Source of the DNA: Comamonadaceae bacterium
GTDB taxonomy: Bacteria > Pseudomonadota > Gammaproteobacteria > Burkholderiales > Burkholderiaceae_C
Reading direction: 5' to 3'
Length of the DNA: 64,000 bases
Assembly (NCBI GenBank): GCA_030602185.1
Contig: JAUWAE010000001.1
Span: forward strand, 1,184-65,183
Shown here: piece after piece, positions 50,240 through 58,196 of the stretch
Numbering within the stretch: the stretch's first letter is position 1
Layout: each line of letters opens with the position of its first letter
Translations under genes and position numbers: made by a program
The notes under the pieces: generated by a model
The model's database searches: none
The model's input: only the letters and a program-made list of their open reading frames with translations
What the model was told of the DNA's origin: nothing

Positions 50240-51097
50240 ATGAAAGACGCAATCGTGATTTACCACGCCGATTGCCCAGACGGCTTTGGCGCAGCGTATG
50301 CGGCTTGGTGCGTGCTGGGCGATCGGGCCGATTACCTGCCGTATCGCCATGGGGAGGCGCCGCCCGAGGCCACCGGGCGCGACGTCTACATCCTGGACTT
50401 TGCCTTCGACGTGGAGGGCATGACGAGGCTGCAGCAGCAGGCCCGCTCGGTCACGCTGCTCGACCACCACCAGACCGCCCACGACCGCCTGAGCTGCATG
50501 GCGTGCGGGCCGGGCTTTCGGCTGCTGTTTGACATGCAGCGCTCGGGTGCGCGCCTGGCGTGGGAGCACTTCCACCCAGGCACGGCGGTGCCGCACCTCA
50601 TTTCACGCATTGAAGACCGAGACCTGTGGTGCTGGGCGTTCGAGGACACCCGGCCTTTCCTGGCCGCGCTCGATGCCCTGCCGTTCGACTTCGAGGCCTG
50701 GGCCCGCTTCCATGCCGCGAGCGAAGACCGCGCCGAACGCCAGCGCCTCGTGGCCCAGGGCCAGGCCGTGGTGGACCGTTTCGCCCAGCAGGTGAAGGAC
50801 ATCGCGGCCGGAGCCTTTGAGGTCAACTTCATGGGCTACCCGGTGTTCGCCGTCAACGCCACCAGCGAGTTCACCAGCGACGTGGGCAACGAACTGGCGC
50901 AGCGCTCGGGCACCCTGGGCATTGTGTTCAAGGTGGACAGCCCCACGGTGGTGAAGGTGGGTTTGCGTGCTGTGCGCGGCTTTGACGCCAGCGCGCTGGC
51001 GGTGCAGTTTGGCGGCGGTGGCCACCCGCAGGCATGTGCGTTCCGCCTGCCGCTGGCGCGCCTGAGCGCTTTGCTCGACGGCACGCTGACCCCCTGA
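50240..51097 (+). CDS. Stand-alone DHH/DHHA1 family phosphoesterase
   Basis: ATG 50240. Motifs are HADCPDG, LLDHHQT (DHH) and FGGGGHPQACAF (DHHA1). Confidence 0.7.
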   Translation: MKDAIVIYHADCPDGFGAAYAAWCVLGDRADYLPYRHGEAPPEATGRDVYILDFAFDVEGMTRLQQQARSVTLLDHHQTAHDRLSCMACGPGFRLLFDMQRSGARLAWEHFHPGTAVPHLISRIEDRDLWCWAFEDTRPFLAALDALPFDFEAWARFHAASEDRAERQRLVAQGQAVVDRFAQQVKDIAAGAFEVNFMGYPVFAVNATSEFTSDVGNELAQRSGTLGIVFKVDSPTVVKVGLRAVRGFDASALAVQFGGGGHPQACAFRLPLARLSALLDGTLTP

Positions 51098-51135
51098 GGC
51101 AGGGCGTAGGCCGATTGACGCCGGCATGGATTCCT

Positions 51136-51159
51136 TATAAACTGTTTATACCGTTTACA
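51136..51159. promoter_or_regulatory. Perfect palindrome plus a third half-site upstream of the small-protein/ParA-like operon (candidate operator/promoter)
   Basis: TATAAAC-t-GTTTATA (51136-51150), then GTTTACA (51153-51159). SD AGGAG is at 51165-51169 and the ATG at 51176. Confidence 0.4.
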
Positions 51160-51175
51160 TTGTTAGGAGTTTGCC

Positions 51176-51595
51176 ATGCCTGTGGATAAAAAAACCAAAG
51201 ACGTTGCTGCCGCCAAGGCCAAAAAAGTCAAGCTGGTGCGCGACAGTTTTTGCATGCCCAAAGACGAATACGCTGAAATTGATGCGCTGAAGCAGCGCGT
51301 GCTGGCGCTGGGCAAGGCCGTCAAGAAAAGCGAACTGCTGCGGGCCGGGGTGCTGGCCCTGGCACGTGCCAGCGATGCCAGCTTGCTGGCCTACATCGAC
51401 GCGGTGCCCAACCTCAAGACCGGCCGGCCCTCCACCAAGCCCGAAGCCGAGGCCGAAGCGGCTGCGCCAGCCGCCAAGCCTGCACCTGCGCCAGCCCCGG
51501 CAGCCAAGCCGGCGAGTGCTCCGGCCAGCCGCCGCCGTCCTGTCCGAAAAGCCGCCGCCGCGCCTGCAACAGCACAAGCTGCCGCAGCGGCCTGA
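51176..51595 (+). CDS. Small basic protein with Ala/Pro/Lys-rich tail; possible RHH-like DNA-binding partner of the ParA-like ATPase
   Basis: 139 aa with a good SD. It has a Lys-rich N-terminus, a central segment KLVRDSFCMPKDEYAEIDALKQRVLALGKAVKKSELLRAGVLAL, and an AAKPAPAPAPAAKPASAPA tail. I recognise no family. Confidence 0.5.
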   Translation: MPVDKKTKDVAAAKAKKVKLVRDSFCMPKDEYAEIDALKQRVLALGKAVKKSELLRAGVLALARASDASLLAYIDAVPNLKTGRPSTKPEAEAEAAAPAAKPAPAPAPAAKPASAPASRRRPVRKAAAAPATAQAAAAA

Positions 51596-51610
51596 TCGCT
51601 GCCACGCGCC

Positions 51611-52225
51611 ATGCCGATCGTCGTCGTTGCCAACCCCAAAGGCGGCGTGGGCAAGTCCACGCTGTCCACCAACATTGCCGGGTACTTCGCCCGGCAAGGC
51701 CACACCGTCATGCTGGGCGATGCCGACCGTCAGCAGTCCTCGGCCGTCTGGTTGCGGCAGCGGCCGCCCCAGGCGCGCCCGATCGTCACGTGGGACGCTT
51801 CGGCAGTGGATGTGCTGCGCCCGCCACGAGGCACCACCCACGTGGTGCTGGACACGCCAGCCGGCCTGCACGGTCGCCAACTCAAGGAAACCCTTAAGCG
51901 GGCCGACAAGCTGCTCATTCCTCTGCAGCCCAGCCTGTTTGACATGCAGGCCACCAAAGACTTTGTCGATGACCTGAAAGACCGCCGGCGCGCCGCCGAC
52001 CTGGACATCGCCGTGGTGGGCATGCGGGTGGACGAGCGCACCATCGCCGCCGAGCGCCTGCGCGCCTTTGTCGAAGAACTGGACCTGCCGGTACTCACCC
52101 ACCTGAGGGACACGCAAAACTACGTCCGCCTCGCCATGCAGGGGCTGACGCTGTTCGATGTGCTGCCCAGCCGCGTGGCCAAAGACCTGAAGGCGTGGGA
52201 GCCGATCACGGCCTGGCTGGACTGA
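51611..52225 (+). CDS. ParA/MinD-family ATPase (small, type Ib-like, orphan)
   Basis: Deviant Walker A VANPKGGVGKST, 204 aa with no N-terminal HTH. It lies 15 nt after the small ORF. Confidence 0.85.
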   Translation: MPIVVVANPKGGVGKSTLSTNIAGYFARQGHTVMLGDADRQQSSAVWLRQRPPQARPIVTWDASAVDVLRPPRGTTHVVLDTPAGLHGRQLKETLKRADKLLIPLQPSLFDMQATKDFVDDLKDRRRAADLDIAVVGMRVDERTIAAERLRAFVEELDLPVLTHLRDTQNYVRLAMQGLTLFDVLPSRVAKDLKAWEPITAWLD

Positions 52226-52235
52226 TCAATCTGGC

Positions 52236-52652
52236 TCAAAAAAGTGGTTTGAACATCGACAGCAACTCCAGGGCCACGCTGGGGTGTTTCGCCAGACTTT
52301 CAGCCACCAGGGGCGTGTTCATGTACTGGGAGTAGCCGGGCAGTTTGTGCACTTCGGGGTCAGACAGGTCACGAAACCCCATCGACCAGTCGTTAAAAAT
52401 TCGTCCTTCGGTGTCTTCCTCATCGATCACGATCGTGTTTTCATGCCTGGGGTCCTGTTTGATGTGTTCAAACAGGTCCTTCACCTGCTGGCGTTCGCCT
52501 TCAATCAGCTGCAGAAAATCGCCGTCCTTGTACAGCAACATGCCGGTCACATTCCGGCGCATGTTGTTACGCCTTGACGTATCCAGCAAATTCACCAGAT
52601 CGGTTTTGGAAAAAGGCACAGTGGCAGAGCTCACATAGACGAGTCGGTACAT
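52236..52652 (-). CDS. Short BLUF-domain blue-light flavin photoreceptor
   Basis: MYRLVYVSS..., SRRNNMRRNVTGMLLY, DFLQLIEG and NDWSMG match the BLUF Tyr/Asn/Gln/Trp-Met positions. It is 138 aa with no output domain. Confidence 0.85.
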   Translation of the reverse strand: MYRLVYVSSATVPFSKTDLVNLLDTSRRNNMRRNVTGMLLYKDGDFLQLIEGERQQVKDLFEHIKQDPRHENTIVIDEEDTEGRIFNDWSMGFRDLSDPEVHKLPGYSQYMNTPLVAESLAKHPSVALELLSMFKPLF

Positions 52653-52728
52653 GGCTTGAGATTGCGAAAAGCGTTAGAGAAAAATTGTCTGGCAATTATG
52701 CGTGCTTTGCCGCTTTGTTGCAGATACA

Positions 52729-53976
52729 TCAACCAGACGTGACGCGGTTCCTGCCGGTGCGCTTGGACTGGTAGAGCGCCTGGTCGCACCGGTGGATGAA
52801 GTCTTCCAGAGGCTCTTGCGGCTGCAAGGCTGCTACACCCAGCGACAGCGTCACCCGGCCCACCTGGGCGTCTTCGGCGCTTTCCACGCGCACCCGCATC
52901 AGCTCGGCCACTTCTTTGGCACGGGCCATGGTGCAGTCGCTCAGCACCACCAGAAACTCTTCACCACCCCAGCGCACCACCGGGTCGCTGGCACGCACCG
53001 CGCCGCGCAGCACCTGCGTCACCTGGCGAATCACCCGGTCGCCGGCGGGGTGGCCAAAGCTGTCGTTGATCGATTTGAAGTGGTCGATGTCGCACATGAT
53101 CAACGCCAGGGGGGCCCCGCTGGCCACGGCTGCTGCGTACCGTTCGCTCAGCGAGCGTTCGCCCTGGTGGCGGTTGAACAGGCCGGTCAAGCGGTCGAGC
53201 GTGGCAGCCTGTAGCAGGTCGCGCTCTTTCTTTACCCGGCTGGTCACGTCACGGCCCACGCTCACGTAGTGCGTCACTCGGCCCGATTCGTCGCGCAGCG
53301 GCGAGATGTTCTGTTCAAAGTGAAACAGCGTGCCATCGCGCCTTCGGTTGATGAAGATCGCCTTGAAATCCCGGCCGCTTTGCAGCTCTTGTCGCAACAC
53401 GTCATAAAAGTCTTCGCCATGCTCGCCCGAGCGCAGCATGGCGGGGGTTTGGCCCAGCAGTTCATTGACGCTGTAACCCGTCACGTTCGCAAAGGCCTGG
53501 TTCGCAAACACGATGTGGGCCGTGGCATCGGTCAGCAGCACCGGGTCGCTGGCCGAATCCAGTGCTTTGGCCAGCAGGCGCCCGCGCTGTTCTGACAGCA
53601 CGTAATCGGTCATGTCGTGCTGCACCGAAACGAAGTGGGTGATCTGGCCGTGGTCGTCGCGCACCGGCGAAATGTTCCAGCGCACCACATAGGGCGTCCC
53701 GTCCTTGCGGTAGTTGGTGGCCGTACCTTCAAAGTAGTGGCCATCACTCAGGCAGGTTCGCATTCGGGCCAGCACCTGCGGGTCGGTGTCGGGCCCTTGC
53801 AGCATCTTGAGCGAGCGCCCTTGCAACTCTTCCAGCGTGTAGCCTGTCATGCGAGAGAACGCCGGATTGGCGGTGAGCACGGGATAGCCCGCAGCCGCGT
53901 CGGCCGAGGTAATTACCACCGCGTTCCAGGCCTGCATGATGGCCATGCGCAAAACGGCCAAATCTGAATGGGTCAT
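52729..53976 (-). CDS. PAS(LOV-like, Cys-less)-PAS-GGDEF diguanylate cyclase
   Basis: ORF 52729-54399 trimmed to ATG 53976 (alternative 53994). PAS1 reads GRSLKMLQGPDTD...NYRKDGTPYVVRWNISP...VSVQHDMT. It has a GGEEF site with an RASD I-site. Confidence 0.8.
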   Translation of the reverse strand: MTHSDLAVLRMAIMQAWNAVVITSADAAAGYPVLTANPAFSRMTGYTLEELQGRSLKMLQGPDTDPQVLARMRTCLSDGHYFEGTATNYRKDGTPYVVRWNISPVRDDHGQITHFVSVQHDMTDYVLSEQRGRLLAKALDSASDPVLLTDATAHIVFANQAFANVTGYSVNELLGQTPAMLRSGEHGEDFYDVLRQELQSGRDFKAIFINRRRDGTLFHFEQNISPLRDESGRVTHYVSVGRDVTSRVKKERDLLQAATLDRLTGLFNRHQGERSLSERYAAAVASGAPLALIMCDIDHFKSINDSFGHPAGDRVIRQVTQVLRGAVRASDPVVRWGGEEFLVVLSDCTMARAKEVAELMRVRVESAEDAQVGRVTLSLGVAALQPQEPLEDFIHRCDQALYQSKRTGRNRVTSG

Positions 53977-54228
53977 TTGTGAATTTATACCCATTTGGCG
54001 TGCGGGCGCAAACCGGTAGGGGTACGGTATTTTTTGGCTAAACAACGCTTCGGACCATACTCCAAAAGAAGTAGTCTGTACATGTGAAAGGGTGGTTGTA
54101 TCCTGTTGGTTGATTTGGGCTGGACCGGCTGGGAGGCTTTCAGGAGGTTGGCCTTGTTGGCTGATGAAAAATCGACCGTAACGCGCCGGGCGCCAGCAGC
54201 GATGCGCCACAATGACAGACACTACCGT

Positions 54229-55982
54229 ATGACCACTCACGATTCCTCGAGTGCGCTCCAAGTTTGGGCGTTGCAGCTGACCAACGTGCCCATGATGGCT
54301 GTGGGCGTTGATGGCCTCATCACCGACGTGAACGAAGCGGTGTTGCGGCACAGTGGCTTGCCCCGGGAACACTGGGTGGGGCGTATCTTTGGGAGCCACT
54401 TTGAAAACCCCGAGGCCGCGCAGAAGCTATTCGACCGCACGCTGGCCACTGGGCACTCGGTCAACCAGCTGGTTCATGTGCGCACCCAGCACGGGCAGCA
54501 GGTGGAGTTGGATCTGACATTGACCGCGTTCCGTGGTGTGAATGGTCAGGTCCAAGGGCTGTTTGTGGAGGCGCGTAACGTCACCGGCGCGCGTGCGGCC
54601 GAGCTCAAACTTGAGGCTGCCTCACGCTACGCCAGAAGCCTGCTGGAAGCCAGCCTCGATCCGCTGGTCACCATCAGTACCGAGGGCAAGATCATGGATG
54701 TCAACCGCGCCACCGAGCTGGCCACCGGTTGGCCGCGTGAGGCTTTGATTGGCAGCGACTTTTCCGAATACTTCACCGAGCCCCAGAGGGCGAGGGAGGG
54801 GTATCAGCAGGTCTTCTCACAAGGTTCCGTCATGGACTATGCACTGGTGATGCGCCACAGGTCGGGCAGCATCAAAGAAGTGCTTTACAACGCCAGTGTG
54901 TACCGAGATGAGAAAGGGCAGGTGGCAGGGGTGTTTGCCGCTGCCAGAGACATTACGGCGCTGAAGCGTTTCCAGCGAGAGCTCGAGAGCACGAACCGCG
55001 AGGTGGTGCTGTTGGGCGAAATGACGGGTCTGTTGCAGAGCTGCCGTACCGTCCAAGAGGCGTTGCCCATCATCACTTTGACGATGTCGCAACTCTTCCC
55101 TGAAGCCAGCGGGCAGTTGATGTTGCTCAACCCAGCGACGAACTGGCTTGAAGATGCTGGTACCTGGGGGCGGCACAGGCACCGTTTGCATTCACTGCCC
55201 CCTTCGGAATGTTGGGCCTTGCGCAGAGGTCATGTGCACGAGGTGGGTTTCGGCCCCAGCATCAATCCGCCCTGCGTGCAGGTGAAATGCAAAAACAAGC
55301 CGTATTTGTGCATGCCTTTGCTGGCCCAAGGCAGCAATTTGGGAATCATTCAGCTGGTAATAGATCCACTGCGGGCAGACCAAGCCCGACTGACCCATGC
55401 TAGGCACCTCGCTGCCACAGCGGCCGACAGCGTCAGCCTAGCCTTGGCCAATTTGCAGCTCAGAGAGTCCTTGCAAGCTGCATCCATCCACGACCACCTG
55501 ACCGGTTTATACAACCGCGGGTACATGGAGGAAGCGCTTGCCAGAGAAATCAGCCGAATGGAGCGTGACCACAAACCGTTGACGGTGGCAATGCTGGATC
55601 TGGATCATTTTAAGCAGTTCAACGATCGCTACGGTCACGAAGCTGGTGATGCCGTGCTGCGGGCGTTCGCTCAGTTGTTGTCTGGTTTTCGCGAAGGCAG
55701 TGACCTGGCATGCAGGTATGGGGGCGAAGAATTCCTCCTCATCTTGCCAGATTTGCACCCTGACAAGGCGGTGGACCGGCTGGACGCGCTACGGCTGGCG
55801 GTGGCCGCTCTTCGTGTGGAATACCAAGGCAAGGCGTTGCCTCCTCTGACGGTGTCGGTGGGCTTGGCCTCTGCACCACACACACCGTTAACGGCAGCGA
55901 ACTGGTCAGCAAGGCGGACGAGGCCTTGTACTTGGCCAAGAACCAAGGGCGCAACCGAGTGGTGATGGCAACCAGTACCTAA
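54229..55982 (+). pseudogene. PAS-PAS-GAF-GGDEF diguanylate cyclase with a frame break in the last ~35 codons
   Basis: ATG 54229 (alternative 54202). GGEEF is intact. After SVGLASAPHT, the annotated frame gives a nonsense tail ending at 55965. The shifted frame from 55887 reads VNGSELVSKADEALYLAKNQGRNRVVMATST* (stop 55980-55982). Confidence 0.8.
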
Positions 55983-56038
55983 GGGCAACCAGCACCTAGG
56001 CCATGGTCCAACCCGCTTGACCCACCACACACCGCACC

Positions 56039-56914
56039 ATGCCACATTCATTTTTGGACAGCTTGCTGGCGGCCATACCTGGTCGCTGGGAGAAGGTCAT
56101 CGTCACGCTGCTGCTGATTGCGGTGGCGCTGTTGCTTTCGCACATGTGGGCGCGCTACCTAGCGCGGGGTGAAATTTCGTCGGAAAAGCGGCGCATGCAC
56201 CTGGTATGGGCCCGCAATGTGATCTGGTTTGTGGTGGTGCTGGTCATTGTGTCGGTCTGGGCCTCCACGATTGCCGGGTTTGCGCTTTCGCTGGCGGCGG
56301 TGGCGGGTGCGATGCTGATCGTCAGCAAGGAGCTCATCATGTGCGTGCAGGGCTACCTGTATGCCACGCTGGTGCAGCCATTCAAGGTGGGCGACATCGT
56401 GGAGTTCAACCAGTTGCGGGGGCGGGTGATCGATATCGACATGTTCGCCACCACGCTGGCCGAGCTCGATGCCTCGGGCCGGCTCACTGGCAAGGTGGCC
56501 GAATTCCCGAACGGGCTGCTGCTGACCACCCCTTTGAAGAACATATCGCCCACGGGTGACTTTGCGCTGCACTTCATACGCATCCCCATGCCCGAGAAAT
56601 GGCCGCACGGCTTGGATCTGGATGCCCTGGAACAGGCGGCCATGGCGGCGGCCGAGCGGGCTACCAGCCCCTGGCAGGAGGAAGCTAGCACCCACTTCCG
56701 CAAGCTCTCGCAGGAAAGCTTCATTCCGTTCCCATCGGGGCGCAGCAAAGTATCGTGGGACTTTTCAGATCCCAAGCACCTGGTGCTGGTGGTGCGGGTG
56801 GCCTGCCCTTCACGGGAACGTACCCAGGTGGAGCAGCAGGTGTTCAAGGACACCTGGAAGGCCCTGGATGTGGCCAACCAGATGCCAGCAGAAAGTAAAA
56901 AGCCCGCTGTGTGA
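56039..56914 (+). CDS. MscS-family mechanosensitive channel-like protein
   Basis: Three N-terminal TM helices, then the beta-domain motif QPFKVGDIVEFNQLRGRVIDIDMFATTL. Confidence 0.75.
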   Translation: MPHSFLDSLLAAIPGRWEKVIVTLLLIAVALLLSHMWARYLARGEISSEKRRMHLVWARNVIWFVVVLVIVSVWASTIAGFALSLAAVAGAMLIVSKELIMCVQGYLYATLVQPFKVGDIVEFNQLRGRVIDIDMFATTLAELDASGRLTGKVAEFPNGLLLTTPLKNISPTGDFALHFIRIPMPEKWPHGLDLDALEQAAMAAAERATSPWQEEASTHFRKLSQESFIPFPSGRSKVSWDFSDPKHLVLVVRVACPSRERTQVEQQVFKDTWKALDVANQMPAESKKPAV

Positions 56915-56934
56915 GTGGCACAGAGGGCTTTTTC
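56897..56934 (+). terminator. Rho-independent terminator overlapping the MscS-like stop codon
   Basis: Stem agcccgctgtg / cacagagggct (one mismatch), loop tgagtgg containing the TGA stop, then TTTT. Confidence 0.7.
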
Positions 56935-57138
56935 GTATCAAAAAAAACTATTCAGCAGCCTCCCAGCTGCTATTGATGCTTGGCGTGGATAAAAACCAAG
57001 AATCGCTCATCTTGTTCCGACCTGAATGGCGGCCAAAATGGCAATAATAATTAAATAAAACGTTAAAAACTTTATGTGTGACTGCAAACTTGGCAACTAC
57101 ACCTTTTGGCCGATTCGTTCAAGGCTGCGGGTGTGTTT

Positions 57139-57720
57139 TCAGAAGGGGCGGCGCTTGATCCTTCGCTCTACCGCCGATGCCGCGTAGAGGAACAGCAGGG
57201 TGCCAATCAGGTCACCGATCAACATGGGCAGGAACGAGGCTGCCCAGCGGTGGTCTGCCGACGTTTGATGGAAGTAGGCGTTGTGAGCAACGGCACTCAA
57301 GGTGGCGCAAATGGCGGCGACGTACAAAAGATCTTTGATGCTCAAGCCGGCCAGATCGCTCTGAATGCGCAGCAGGCGTCTGGCCACCAGCACACCGACC
57401 AGCGGCGACGACGCTGAAAGGGCTGCAAGCACCAGGGACTCGAGCATGTTGTGACCCAGATGCGGATAGTTGGTAAAAAAGGCGCCCAGAAAAAGGCCCA
57501 ACGCCCCACGCCACCCCAACAACAGAACAGCGACGACGCGAAGCGCTGCAGGCAGAAAAACCCAGTTGGCAAAGGGGCTGGATTCGAAGTAGGCAAAAAG
57601 CCAACGGTTCACTTCGAACAGCAGAACCCAGAGGACGACGACCGCCGATACTTCTACGGTCTGTGTTTTGAGCCGTTCTCGGGCCTGTTCCACGAAGTCT
57701 CCCTGGCTTGTTCTAGGCAC
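57139..57720 (-). CDS. Polytopic membrane protein, possibly MASE1-like sensor module
   Basis: GTG start at 57720. About 5 TM segments, with the motif WVFLPAALRVVAVLLLGWRGALGLFLGAFFTN. It overlaps the upstream wHTH ORF by 67 nt in another frame. Confidence 0.45.
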   Translation of the reverse strand: MPRTSQGDFVEQARERLKTQTVEVSAVVVLWVLLFEVNRWLFAYFESSPFANWVFLPAALRVVAVLLLGWRGALGLFLGAFFTNYPHLGHNMLESLVLAALSASSPLVGVLVARRLLRIQSDLAGLSIKDLLYVAAICATLSAVAHNAYFHQTSADHRWAASFLPMLIGDLIGTLLFLYAASAVERRIKRRPF

Positions 57721-58046
57721 TGGCCAAGCCTGTCGAAATATTCTTCGGCAGCTTTGGTGGGAACGATGTATTTGACCCGATGGTCGTGCTCACTGGATAC
57801 GAACGAGAGCATGCCCTTGCTGTGCAAGGTTTTGATCCGCCGAAAGGCGGTGCGCTCAGGCGTGCCCTGTTCCATCCTGGTCACTTCCGTGACCTGCAGT
57901 TGTTTGCCCGACTCCCAGGCTGACAGCAGCAACCCCAGCAGGCGCTCCTCCACAGTGTCAAGCACAGGTAGGCTGGGCATCTGGCGCACAGCACTGAGCA
58001 AGTTCAAAAACTTGGCGTAGGTGCTGGCGTGCTTGGTGACTGACAT
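57654..58046 (-). CDS. Winged-helix (MarR-like) DNA-binding protein
   Basis: 130 aa. LQVTEVTRMEQGTPERTAFRRIKTLHSKGMLSFVSSEHDHRVKYIVPT fits an HTH-wing pattern. The C-terminal ~20 codons overlap the next ORF. Confidence 0.5.
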   Translation of the reverse strand: MSVTKHASTYAKFLNLLSAVRQMPSLPVLDTVEERLLGLLLSAWESGKQLQVTEVTRMEQGTPERTAFRRIKTLHSKGMLSFVSSEHDHRVKYIVPTKAAEEYFDRLGQCLEQARETSWNRPENGSKHRP

Positions 58047-58196
58047 GCCGCAATCTTATGTCATGTCTCAATGTCTTGGCCTGGCGCTGCCATTGCGCTG
58101 GAGGCGGCCGCCAAGAGCAATGAAGCAAAAGCCTGCACCGCAACCCCCAGTACCAAAAGTGTCAGCAGCCACATTGCCGTTCATCCCTGAGTCTTT

